Source: Basidiobolus meristosporus CBS 931.73
Taxonomy: Eukaryota; Fungi; Basidiobolomycota
Length of the DNA stretch: 46,993 nt
NCBI GenBank assembly: GCA_002104905.1
Contig: MCFE01000679.1
Span: forward strand, 1-46,993
Reading direction: 5' to 3'
Both the position numbers and the translations under genes were made by a program. Shown piece after piece: positions 33,642-46,800 of this stretch. Below the pieces are notes generated by a model. The model made no database searches, was not told the origin of the DNA, and saw only the letters and a program-made list of their open reading frames with translations. How positions within the stretch are numbered: the first letter of the stretch is position 1; each line of letters starts with the position of its first letter.

Positions 33642-36085
33642 TGTTGAAATATTGGACTATTTGGTATCATTCAGCAGCCAAAAATTTACTTAACAATTCT
33701 AGGCTAGTCTTAGTCACTGTAGGACTCATTTACTGCCTTAACTTTGCCACTTTCTCCACATATATGATCTTATGATTATTCCCCTATAAGTCAGGATCAA
33801 ATCAGCACTATTACCAAACATTATGTACTAACGCTGAAACTGTTACAGAATGCTCCTGAATATTGAGAAACCCTCCCTACTTAGTGTTGCAGCTGTATTA
33901 CTTCTACAAAGGTATAAATACTGAGCTTCTTTATGAATAAACAACAGTTCAACTATTATCACTATTTCTTGATAAGTTCCTTATATCCAAATCACTTCTT
34001 GAGATGGAAGATACTTCTACCAGTTCCAGATCAGAACAGATTATCCCAGTTAGGAGATCTACCAGAATAAGAAATGCCCCTGGATCCTGGTGGCAGACAT
34101 CCAATGATCATGAAGAAGCTTATCTTGCTTTATGTGCCAAACCTCAAAATCTGGAACAGGCAATGCAAGGTCCAGATGCAACTAAGTGGCAACAAGCCAT
34201 GCAGGAGGAGTACCAATCACTGATCAAGGCAAAAACGTGGAACTGGTAGATTTACCAAATGGGAGAAATCCAATAGGATGTAGATGGGTCTACAAGATCA
34301 AGAAAACCTCAAATGGTGCCGTTGATAAGTACAAGGCTAGATTGGTAGCTAAAGGCTATTCCCAGATCCAGGGACTAGACTTTAAGGAAACATTTGCTCC
34401 GGTTGCCAAGTTTAACTCTATTAGGACAGTTCTAGCCCTGGCAGCTCTACACAGTCTAGATCTACACCAAATGGACATCAAAACCGCCTTTCTAAATGGG
34501 GATTTGCAAGAAACTATATATATGGAGCAACCAGAAGGTTTTACCAATCCAAAAAGCCCCCATAAGGTGTGCAAACTTAGAAAATCGTTGTATGGGCTTA
34601 AGCAGGCGCCCAGAGCATGGTATAACAAGATTGACACATATCTAGAGGAAATTGGGTTCTCTTGTAGCACTGCAGATCACAGTATATATGTGAAACAGCT
34701 CAAAAAGGATGTGATCATCCTAGTTCTTTATGTGGACGACCTAATTATAGCTACAAGTGATCAAGAGGCACTTAAACAGACGAAATCAGATCTCTTCAGC
34801 AAGTTTGAGATGAAAGATCTTGGAAAATTGAGCTATTTTCTTGGAATTGAGGTCATATTTGACATACCTACGCAGAAAATTGTGCAGAATCAGTCTAAGT
34901 ACATCAGGGACATTCTTAGACGCTTCAAAATGGAAAATTGCAAGCCTGCAGCAACCCCTTTGGACAACAACCTGCAATTAAGCAAATCTCAGCCAGTCAT
35001 AGATGAAAACGGCTCAAATATGGACCAAAACTTTCCCTATCAATCAATGGTTGGTAGCCTAATGTACTTGATGGTGTCTACACATCCAGATATTGCAGTA
35101 GCAGTTGGAATAGTCAGTCAATTCATGCAGAATTATGGATCAGATCAAATTGCAGCAGTTAAGTGGATTTTCAGATATCTACAAGGTACCATAAATATGG
35201 TACTGGAATACTCTGGAGCAGCTAATAGGCAAGAATTTGGTGGTTATAGTGATTCAGATTGGGGTAGGGATCTGATTGACAGATGCTCTACCACAGGCTA
35301 TGTATTTCTTTATGCTGGTGCAGCTATTACTTGGAATTGCAAGAAACAACCAACTGTAGCACTATCTACAACTGAAGCCAAATATATGGCTGCATGTCAA
35401 GCAACTAAGGAGGCTATATGGCTACAAAAATTATTCAAAGACTTAGGTTTTAATTCAGGTGAACCAACATGTACTTACAAGGATAATCAAAGTTGTATTT
35501 CATTCGCTAGAAATCCTACTAATCATGCCAGAACTAAGCACATTGATATACAGCATCACTTTGTGAGGGAAGCTGTAAAAAATAACTTAGTGGAGCTGGT
35601 TTACTGCCCAACTGACAAAATGGTGGCAGACATATTGACAAAACCACTAGCTAGGCCACAGTTTGAGATCCTTAGAGAGAAATTGGGATTAAGAAATTAT
35701 TTAGTTGCGGGGGAGTGCTGAAATATTGGACTATTTGGTATCATTCAGCAGCCAAAAATTTACTTAACAATTCTAGGCTAGTCTTAGTCACTGTAGGACT
35801 CATTTACTGCCTTAACTTTGCCACTTTCTCCACAAATATGATCTTATGATTATTGCCCTATAAGTTAGGATCAAATTAGCACTATTACCAAACATTATGT
35901 ACTAACGCTGAAACTGTTACAGAATGCTCCTGAATATTGAGAAACCCTCCCTACTTAGTGTTGCAGCTGTATTACTTCTACAAAGGTACAAATACTGAGC
36001 TTCTTTATGAATAAACAACAGTTCAACTATCATCACTATTTCTTGATAAGTTCCTTATAACCAAATCACTTCTTAAATTGCAACA
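33642..36085 (+). mobile_element. Internally deleted Ty1/Copia element (family B)
   Basis: 5-bp TSD GTTCT; LTRs 33642-34000 (last ~11 bp missing) and 35716-36085, about 8 differences; PPT GGGGGAG. No PBS, gag, protease or integrase. Confidence 0.93.
34004..35721 (+). pseudogene. Copia RT-RNase H, one frameshift near 34240
   Basis: KWQQAMQEEYQSL; IGCRWVYKIK; YKARLVAKGYSQ; HQMDIKTAFLNG; SLYGLKQAPRAW; LYVDD; YSDSDW; RTKHIDIQHHFVRE; VADILTKPL. Confidence 0.92.
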
Positions 36086-39000
36086 GTTCTCTCTCAGCTT
36101 CTCCAAGACCTTTTCAATGTGCAATACATGATCCTCTTCTGTCTTGCTGTATATCAATATGTCATCCAGGTAGATTTTCACAAACGTGTCTCAGTACGCC
36201 TGAAAGACAGTCTGCATCAGCGTCAGGAATGTTGCAGGGGCATTAGTGAGGCCAAAACTCATGACTAAGTACTTGTAATGTCCATATCTGGTCCTAAATG
36301 CTGTCTTAGGAATATCTTCTGGTTTCACCCTAATTTGGTTGTATCCTGACACGAGGTCAATCTTGCTGATAATAGTGGCTCCATTAAGTTGGTCCAAAAG
36401 CTCATCAATCTAAGGTATGGGGTACTTATTCTTGACGGTAACTGAGTTCAGGGCTCTGTAGTCAATGCACATCCTAAGTGTTCCATCCTTCTTTTTCACA
36501 AAAAGCACTGGTGCTCCCCAGGGTGACTTGCTGGGCCTGATGTATCCTTGCTCCAATAGCTGATCAATTTGTCTCTTCATTTCCTCCAATTCCAATGGAC
36601 TCATTCTGTAAGGTGTCTTGCTCACTGGAGGGCTATTTCCTGTGTCAATGGCATGATCCACGGCTCTGACTGGTGGTAGGCTTACCAGCTCATCTGAGAA
36701 CACGTCTTAATTTTTTTTCAAGAGAGTCTGGACCTGCTGGGGTGCTGGGGTAGAGGAATCCTCCTGTAATACCGCCATGAGGAACATCTTGGTACCTTTT
36801 CTAAGTGCTCTACAGAACTGGGTCTTGCTAAGTTCACTTGTCTCACACACACTGGAATTGACCAAGTTGAAATCCAGCATGGCAGGTAATAGCTCATAGG
36901 TCTTGTTGTCTTTTTGGATCTGAGTAGCATGGGTTCTCCAGTTGATTGATGGATTACGACAAAATAGCCAGGTTTTTCCAAGTACAAGGTCAAACTTGCA
37001 GTTCCAAAATATATAAGCCTGTAGGTCTTCTTCATAGTCACTGATCTTCATTCTTACTGGCTTGGTAATACGGTAGTTTATGTGGGAGTTCCCGTCAGCT
37101 TTGGAGACTGAAGTTGAGTTGGTAGGTTCCAAGCTGATTCCAGCTTCCAAAGCAAATTGATCTGACATGTACTCATGCAATGCTCCTGAGTCAATCATGA
37201 TCTTGGCAGGTACTCCATTGATTACTCCATTCAAATTTAATAGCTTTCCTGAGTTTGAGGTCATCTGGGATAGGTATTCTTCTGTCATGTGGAAGGTGAG
37301 TTCTGAGTCTTCTTCAAGCTCATCTTCCACATTACTGTGCTGATGGGACTTAATGTGGTTGAAGGTTCTTGTTGGCTGGTGTCCAATTCTTTTCTGAGGG
37401 CAGTACTTTGCAATATGTCCCTGCTGGTGGCAATTGAAGCAAAGTCCTTTCTTCTTGCATTCTTCTGAGGAGGGATTCTTCTGCATAGCATCTATTTCCA
37501 TTGGTACTGCTTCTGATTGTCTTCTTTCATAATGATTGTAGCCTTTCTGATTAGTCACTGTAGGCTTCCCTACTCCAAACATAGCTGAGTCATAGTCAAT
37601 GGCAATCTTGATGGCTTCTTCAATAGTCTGAGGTCTTTGGTAATTCACTTCCTTGCGAGTTCTTTCTTTCAACCCATCAATAAAGTATTCAACTTGATCC
37701 AAGGGGTCCATTCTTTCAATTTGTCCAAGTAGACATCTGTACTCATAGATGTATTCTTGAACCATTCCTTTCTATCTGAGTGTCTTTAACTTCCTTCTTA
37801 GTAGTGTCTGCTGGTGTGGAGGTTCAAAAGCATCCTGAATTTCCAACACAAACTCATCCCAGGTAGAGATTGTAGGGCATCCCATCATAGTGGCTGACCT
37901 GATCTTGTGGTACCACTGTAAGGCTGCATCTGCCAGGTAAGAAGCTGCAAAATGCAACTTGCTTTCTGGAGCAATTCCTTTAGCTTTAAAAGCTTCTTCA
38001 ATCTGAAAGAGCCAAGTTCCCATGTTTTCATTGACTCTGCCATGGTACCTGTTAACCTTCACACTAAAGTTGCTCTTGACAGGGCTTTGCTGGCTCTGAG
38101 CTATGGTAGTCATTCCTTGTTGCTGTTGGGCCAGGATTTGCTGCATGGCATTCTTCCATTCTTGATTGTCCAACATCTTGAGGGTGGTTTCTTCATTGCT
38201 CAGGAGGGAGGTTTCTGGTTATCGCTGCTACCAATGTTACAAGTCTTGGTATAAGAGTTGTAGAGGAATAGGGAGTTTAGCTAGTATTGTATTCATTAAA
38301 ACTTGAACTGATTTTTATTGAGGTTCCAGCAGCTCCTTATATACATTTTGCCAGATCAATTGCTGACTAATTGTATTTTCTAATGTAGGCTGTGGCTGAT
38401 GACTCATTTGATTGCATCATCATCACCCAATAAGATCCTACTTAATATATTTATTTCTGTCTGATAAGGATCTGCTGATTCATTTGCTGAGTAATGCTAC
38501 TGATTTCATAGATAATACTGATATACTGATAACCTAAACATATACTAATTGATTTGACTAAAAAAACTGATCTAACTTGAACATTCAAGCGGCAGATCAT
38601 AACAATAACAACCCTTCATGTCAGCTTGAAGGACACACAAAAACCCAAGTATGGTATGCACATAAAGGTATGTATAGAGAATAAGAGATTCTTGCCATAA
38701 ATGACACATGATTGTCCATGATGATCACATCAGAGTCATGAAAAAATGCCTAAAGTTGGATATAGTTCCCAACAACACTGTTTGAGCTGGGATAACAAAT
38801 GACCAACTAAATACAACAGTATGCATAATACCCAAATGCCCCATAAGACCAAGTGACCTGATTATACAAAATGATGTAGTGGCCATTGCAGTTGCAGTAA
38901 ATAACTGACTTATTGGTGGGAGTTGATTGTTTCTGTATAAGCTGGGCATATACAAACACTGGTAAGATATTTAGAAATCTTACTGACTTATATCATTGTT

Positions 39001-39472
39001 GTAACAAAGATGAATAGCAACAGTGCAACAATTACAGCAATAAAACTGTCCTACTCTCCTACTATCAAAAAAAATTGATGCAAAAACCAATTGCCAGTAC
39101 AAGAGATCTCATTAAAGATGCCTGTAGTTTCAACAAATGAAAGAATGTTGGTAGCTAAGGAGGTATCCAACTATCTAGAAAGAAATTTCAATCCCAAAAT
39201 TGTGAATAGAGCAAAAATTTGAAGTACAAAGCTTGAAATGCTTAGTGGCTGACAACAGACAACAAACAGTGACACTACAACCTCTTTGGCAGGTAGGTTG
39301 CAACCATATTTTTATAGCTCACATGTCATAATCAGTAGGTACCTGCAGGTAGAAGTAGCCCAGGAATGTTGTCCTAAGACATCTTTTATAACACTCTTTG
39401 GATTACACAAATGGGAATAAGTACACCTTGGCCCGTGCAATGCCCACACTATGCTCAAATGAATGATTAATT

Positions 39473-39683
39473 AGACTTGTTCCATTGTGCCATTGATCAT
39501 AGTGCCAGAAAGTGCTGTATATTTTGTTATTAATTTGATATTTTAGGGTCATATACATGTCAATTTTGATCCCAAATTGGCACTGTATGGCACCATCTGG
39601 CACTCTGAGGCATGATCAGGCATCATCTGGCATGCTATGGCACTATTGGGCACTATGATCAGCTGGAATGATGGAACAAGTCT
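39473..39683. mobile_element. 211-bp MITE of the PHIS family
   Basis: 13-bp perfect TIR AGACTTGTTCCAT, TSD ATT on both sides, internal TAGTGCC/GGCACTA repeats, no coding region. Confidence 0.9.
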
Positions 39684-39905
39684 ATTAAGTATTGGGAATT
39701 CATATTGGCAATGTTCCCTTGTGTATCTGGACTACATCACAGTACATTTTCCAGATGTGGACAACATATACAAGATGTGCAATGCAACCTGGCTGCCCTC
39801 CTCAAGAACTGGCTCAAAACTCATCCCAAGAAGTGCCACTTACTATATACAATGCTGCTACTCTGGGGCCACAAGATCTCAGGGGAGAGTATATACTCAT
39901 CTATT

Positions 39906-40274
39906 GGTTACAATTTGAGCAATGCCTTGGATATATAGAACTTATCCAGAAATAGAAACAATAGTTGAACAACTGTTTATTCATAAAGAAGCTTGGTATT
40001 GATACCTTTGTGAAAGTAGTACAGCTGTAATACTAAGTAAGGGGAGCTTCTCAACACTTAGGAGCATTTGGTAACAGCGTCAGGGTTAGTATAAGATGCG
40101 TGGAAAAAGTGCCAATTTAATCTTGACTATAGGGGCATTGTCATGGGATCATAGATCTAAAGAAAGTGACAAAGTTAGGGCTGTGAGTTAATCCAAAAGT
40201 GACAAAGACTAGCCCAGTATTGTGAAGTATACTTTTAGCTGCTGAAGGATATCAGATAGTACAATAAGTCAACA
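39906..40274 (-). repeat. Old solo LTR, Copia family B
   Basis: Diverged reverse complement of 35716-36085 over its full length; near-TSD CTATT/CTATC. Confidence 0.8.
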
Positions 40275-41486
40275 CTATCCTTATATTGCAGGCAACCCAA
40301 GATAAACCTGCGCCAAAGAATTTTAATGCTTTATCTGGTTTTGTTGCATCAGCTGGTTGCTATGGCTGCTGTGTTCAAAACTTTGCAAAGATAGCTACCT
40401 CCATATACAAGTTGAGGTAAAAAGGCCAGTGAATTGTGTGGTTGAGACCTGAAAGGAAAATAAATGATCAGCTGAAACATTGACCAATATGACTCCAAGT
40501 CGTACATTTTTCCAATAAGGACCTGGGGTATGCTATTAGCTGTGATGTATGTCTCACCAACAAATATGCCATGCTGGAGCAACACAATCAACCTGGTGAG
40601 TTCTACCTAATTAAGTATGTGAGCAGTTTGCTAAACAAACAAACTTTCAGCTTGCAATATTTCATTGAAAGGCAAGGAACACCGGGATGCAGACAATTGC
40701 AGTTGCTATCCCATTTGTCAGGTATGCGTCTGTGATGATATGGATAGGATGGACCCTGCTCTAAGAATAGGGAGAAGTATTTTTGGTATGCATTTACAAA
40801 CAAACAGAAGAGAGATTTCTGAAGATAACGGTTCAGTAAAAAGTTTAAGAGAATAAACTGTGGCTCCTCCCATGGCAATTTCAAGCCACAGTAACACCAG
40901 TAGGTGCCAGCAAAAAAATCCTATGTGATGGATACGTGTCATTGGAATATAGTGATCCTTTAGCAACAAACAAGATGCTCAAAAAGATATTATTGGAAAC
41001 AGTTGATTACTGATGCCACAAGTATGTTTTAGAATTGCGCCACCTGTAAAAGATCCAACCAGAGTCAGAGGATAGTGGCAACTGCACCAATGCTAGGGGA
41101 CCAACCCTTCCACCTAGTAGAAATCTTATTTGTTTGCTGCTTTCTGAGAGCAATGGAAGGAGAACAATAAAAATAACTGCAGCCAACTGTTTCTCAAAGT
41201 GGGTGGAAGCCCCAGCTATGAAAAATGAAGACCAGAAGTCAGATGACCCATTCATTCTAAACATATTAGTTGCCAGCATAGGTATCTTCAGATAATCCTG
41301 CTCAACAATGGTGCTTTATATATAAACAACATTGTGACCCATCTGTCCAAGCTGGTGTGTATGAAGCATATCTTTATGGCCATATATCACCACCAGACTA
41401 AAAGATTAGCTGAGAGGATGAGACAGATGTACTGGAGCATACTAGAGATGCTTTGTTGGGAACTTATTATTATTCATATATATTCA

Positions 41487-43854
41487 TGACTCCTTCAATA
41501 TAGCATCTCCATGTCTTCAGGCAGTGTATTATAGCAAGCATCTCCTTCTCATGCACAGGATAGTTTTGTTCTGCTGAGTTCAGTTTCTTGGACTAAAGGC
41601 AACTGGGTAGTCCTTTCCCTTGTGTTCTTGGCTTAGTACTCCACCAATTACATAATCTGAAGCATCTGTGCACAGGGTAAACTCTTTTCTGAAGTCAGGT
41701 ATTCTTAAGCTTGGCAGCTTAACAAGTTCATTCTTGAGCATCTGAAATGCAGTCTCACAGGCTATGTCCCACTTGTAGGTGTTGTCCTTCTTGAGGATAT
41801 CAGTTAAAGGGGCTGCAATGCTTGCAAAGCACTTGACAAATCTCTAATAATAGGATGCCATTCCAAGGAATGATCTGAGCTCTGATATGCTATGGGGCTG
41901 CTTAATATTCTTGATAACTTCAACCTTCTTAGGGTCTAAGGTCACTCCTGTGCTAGTCACTATGTGTCCCAGATATTCAACATGTTCCTTGAAGAATTCA
42001 CACTTGGCTAGCTTTCCATATAGCAAGTTTTTGCTTAGATTCTTCAAGACCTTTTCAATATGTACCATGTGATCCTCTTCTGTCTTGCTGTTTATCAATA
42101 TGTCATCTAGGTAGATTATCAGAAACCTGCCCAAGTACTCCTGGAAGACAGTCTGCATCAGCGTCATGAATGTTGCAGGGGCATTGGTAAGGCCAAAACT
42201 CATGACTAAGTACTTGTAATGTCCATATCTGGTCCTGAATGTTGTCTTAGGAATATCTTCTGGTTTCACCCTAATCTTGTTGTATCCTGACATGAGGTCA
42301 ATCTTGCTGAATATGGTGGCTCCATTAAGTTGGTCCAAAAGCTCATCAATCCAAGGTATGGGGTACTTACTCCTGAGAGTAACTGAGTTCAGGGCTCTGT
42401 AGTCAATGCACATCCTAAGTGTTCCAACTTTCTTTTTGACAAAAAGCACTGGTGCTCCCCAAGGTGACTTGCTGGGTCTGATGTATCCTTGCACCAATAG
42501 CTGATCAATTTGTCTCTTCATTTTCTCCAACTCCAATGGACTCATTCTGTAATTTGTCTTGCTCACTGGAGGGCTATCTCCTGTGTCAAGGGCATGATCC
42601 ACGTCTCTGACTGGTGGTTCACTTATAAGCTCATCTGGAAACACGTCTGAATATTTCTTCAAGAGAGTCTGGACCTGCTGGGATGCTGGGGTAGAGAAAT
42701 CCTCCGGTAATACCGCCAGGAGGAATATCTGGGTACCTTTTCTAAGTGCTCTACAGAACTGGCTCTTGCTAAGTTCACTTGTCTCACACATACTGGAGTT
42801 GACCAAGTTGAGATCCCGCCTGGCAGGTAATAGCTCATAGGTCTTGTTGTCCTTTTGGATCTGAGTAGCATGGGTTCTCCAGCTGATTGATGGATTACAA
42901 CAAAATAGCCAGGTTTTTCCAAGTACAAGATCAAACTTGCAGTTCCCAAATATATAGACCTGTAGGTCTTCTTCATAGTCATTGATCTTCATTATTACTG
43001 GCTTGGTAATACGGTTGATTATGTGAGAGTTCCCATCAGTTGTGGAGACTGAAGTTGATTTGGTAGGTTCCAAGTTGATTCCAACTTTCAAGGCAAAATG
43101 CTCTGACATGTATTCATGTGATGCTCCTGAGTCAATCATGATTTTGGCAGGTACTCCAATGATTACTCCATTTAAGTACAACAACTTCCCTGAGTTTGAG
43201 GTCATTTGGGACAAGTACTCTTCTGTCATACTGAACATGAGTTCCAAGTCTTCTTCAAGCTCATCCTCCACATTACTGTGCTCATGGGACTCAATATGGT
43301 TGAAGGTTCTTGTTGGCTGGTGTCCATTTCTTCTCTGGGGGCAGTACTTTGAGATGAGTCCTTGCTGGTGGCAATTGAAGCAAAGTCCTTTCTTCTTGCA
43401 TTCTTCTGAGGAGGGATTCTTCTGCATAGCGTCTATTTCCATTGGTACTGCTTCTGATTGTCTTCTTTCATAATGATTGTAGCCTTTCTGATTAGTCACT
43501 GTGGGCTTCCCAACTCCAAACATAGCTGAGTCATAGTCAATGGCAATCTTGATGGCTTCTTCAATAGTCTGAGGTCTTTGGTAATTCACTTCCTTGCAAG
43601 TTCTTTCTTTCAACCCATCAGTAAAGTATTCAACATGATCCAGGGGTTCCATTCTTTCAATTTGTCCAAGTAGACATCTGTACTCATAGATGTATTCTTG
43701 AACCATTCCTTTCTATCAGGGTGTCTTTAACTTCCTTCTAAGTAGTGTCTGCTGGTGTGGAGGTTCAAAAGCATCCTGAATTTCCAACACAAACTCTTCC
43801 CAGGTAGAGATTGTAGGGCATCCCATCAAAGTGGCTGGCCTGATCTTGTTGTGG
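41487..43854 (-). mobile_element. Partial Gypsy-A copy (gag to RNase H), interrupted in gag at 43854
   Basis: 620-aa ORF 41844-43706 closely matching the intact Gag-Pol; its 5' part would lie beyond the nested copy, outside the window. Confidence 0.9.
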
Positions 43855-46800
43855 TGTTATGATCTGCCGCTTGAATGTTTAAGTTAGATCAATTTTTAGT
43901 CAAATCAATCAGTATATGTTTAGGTTATCAGTATATCAGTATTATCTATGAAATCAGTAGCATTAGTCAGCAAATGAATCAGCAGATCCTTATCAGACAG
44001 AAATAGATATATTAAGTAGGATCTTATTGGGTGAAGATGATGCAATCAAATGAGTCATCAGCCACAACCAACATTAGGAAATACAATTAGTCAGCAATTG
44101 ATCTGGCAAAATGTATATAAGGAGCTGCTGGAACCTCAATAAAAATCAGTTCAAGTTTAGTGAATACAATACTAGCTAAACTCCCTATTCCTCTACAACT
44201 CTTATACCAAGACTTGTAACATTGGTAGCAGCGATAACCAGAAACCTCCCTCCTGAAGAAAGAAGAAACCACCCTCAAGATGTTGGACAATCAAGAATGG
44301 AAGAATGCCATGCAGCAAATCCTGGCCCAACATCAACAATTACTCCAGATCCTCAGCCAACAGCAACAAGGAATGACTACCATGGCTCAGAGCCAGCAAA
44401 GCCCTGTCAAGAGCAACTTTAGTGTGAAGGTCAACCGGTACCATGGCAGAGTCAATGAAAACCTGGGAACTTGGCTATTTCAGATGGAAGAAGCTTTTAA
44501 AGCTAAAGGAATTGCTCCAGAGAGCAAGTTGCATTATGCAGCTTCTTACCTGGCAGATGCAGCTTTACAGTGGTACCACAACAAGATCAGGTCAGCCACT
44601 ATGATGGGATGCTCTACAATCTCTACCTGGGATGAGTTTGTGTTGGAAATTCAGGATGCTTTTGAACCTCCACACCAGCAGACACTACTAAGAAGGAAGT
44701 TAAAGACACTCAGACAGAAAGGAATGGTTCAAGAATACATCTATGAGTACAGATGTCTACTTGGACAAATTGAAAGAATGGACCCCTTGGATCAAGTTGA
44801 ATACTTTATTGATGGGTTGAAAGAAAGAACTTGCAAGGAAGTGAATTACCAAAGACCTCAGACTATTGAAGAAGCCATCAAGATTGCCATTGACTATGAC
44901 TCAGCTATGTTTGGAGTTGGGAAGCCTACAGTGACTAATCAGAAAGGCTACAATCATTATGAAAGAAGACAATCAGAAGCAGTACCAATGGAAATAGACG
45001 CTATGCAGAAGAATCCCTACCTCAGAAGAATGCAAGAAGAGAGGACTTTGCTTCAATTGCCACCAGCAAGGACATATTGCAAAGTACTGCCCTCAGAGAA
45101 GAAATGGACACCAGCCAACAAGAACCTTCAACCATATTGAGTCCCATGAACACAGTAATGTGGAAGATGAGCTTGAAGAAGACTTGGAACTCACCTTCCA
45201 TATGACAGAAGAGTACTTGTCCCAAATGACCTCAAACTCAGGGAAGTTATTGTACTTGAATGGAGTAATCAATGGAGTACCTGCCAAGATCATGATTGAC
45301 TCAGGAGCATTGCATGAGTACATGTCAGAGCAATTTGCTTGAAAGCTGGAATCAACTCAGGAACCTACCAAATCAACTTCAGTCTCCACAGCTGATGGGA
45401 ACTCTCACATAATCAACCGTATTACCCAGCCAGTAAGAATGAAGATCAATGACTATGAAGAAGACCTACAGGCTTATATATTTGGGAACTGCAAGTTTGA
45501 CCTTGTACTTGGAAAAACCTGGCTATTTTGTTGTAATCCATCAATCAACTGGAGAACCCATGCTACTCAGATCCAAAAAGACAACAAGACCTATGAGCTA
45601 TTACCTGCCAGGCTGGATTTCAACTTGGTCAATTCCAGTATGTGTGAGACAAGTGAACTTAGCAAGACCCAGTTCTGTAGAGCACTTAGAAAAGGTACCA
45701 GATGTTCCTCATGGCGGTATTACAGGAGGATTCCTCTACCCCAGCACCCCAGCAGGTCCAGACTCTCTTGAAGAAATATTCAGACGTGTTTCCAGATGAG
45801 CTTGTAAGCCTACCACCAGTCAGAGACGTGGATCATGCCATTGACACAGGAGATAGCCCTCCAGTGAGCAAGACACCTTACAGAATGAGTCCATTGGAAT
45901 TGGAGGAAATGAAGAGACAAATTGATCAGCTATTGGAGCAAGGATACATCAGGCCCAGCAAGTCACCCTGGGGAGCACCAGTGCTTTTTGTGAAAAAGAA
46001 GGATGGAACACTTAGGATGTGCATTGACTACAGAGCCCTGAACTCAGTTACCGTCAAGAATAAGTACCCCATACCTTGGATTGATGAGCTTTTGGACCAA
46101 CTTAATGGAGCCACTATTTTCAGCAAGATTGACCTCATGTCAGGATACAACCAGATTAGGGTGAAACCAGAAGATATCCCTAAGACAGCATTCAGGACCA
46201 GATATGGACATTACAAGTACTTAGTCATGAGTTTTGGCCTCACTAATGCCCCTGCAACATTCATGACGCTGATGCAGACTGTCTTTCAGGAGTACTTAGA
46301 CAAGTTTGTGATAATCTACCTGGATGACATATTGATATACAGCAAGACAGAAGAGGATCACTGTAGTGCACATTGAAAAGGTCTTGAAGAAACTAAGAGA
46401 GAACAAGCTATATGGCAAGCTAGCCAAGTGTGAATTCTTCAAGGAACACGTTGAATACCTGGGACACATAGTGACTAGCACAGGAGTAGACCTTAGACCC
46501 TAAGAAGGTTGAAGTTATCAAGAATTTGAAGCAGCCCCATAGCATATCAGAACTCAGATCATTCCTTGGAATGGTTTCCTATTATTGGAGATTTGTCAAG
46601 TCTTTTGCAAGTATTGCAGCCCCTTTAACTGATATCCTCAAGAAAGACAATACCTACAAGTGGGACATAGCTTGTGAGACTGCCTTCCAGACTGCTCAAG
46701 AATGAACTTGCTAAGCTGCCAAGCTTAAGAATACCAGACTTCAGAAAAGAGTTCACTCTGTGCACAGATGCTTCAGATTATGCAATTGGTGGAGTGCTGA

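Larger units (their letters stand above)
31247..38604 (-). mobile_element. Full-length but mutated Gypsy-A copy carrying a nested Copia
   Basis: LTRs 38235-38604 and 31247-31616 (about 21 differences in 370 bp by eye); TSD ATAA; PBS and PPT present; gag-pol broken by stops and frameshifts. Confidence 0.93.
38609..41470 (+). pseudogene. Heavily decayed pol of a second Gypsy family (E): protease, RT, RNase H, integrase remnants
   Basis: QVEVAQECCPKTSFITLFGL; VYLDYITV; LKTHPKKCHL..WGHKISG; NFAKIATSIYKL; CFSKWVEA; ILLNNG..YHHQTKRLAER. Not nucleotide-similar to Gypsy-A. Ends are approximate. Confidence 0.7.
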
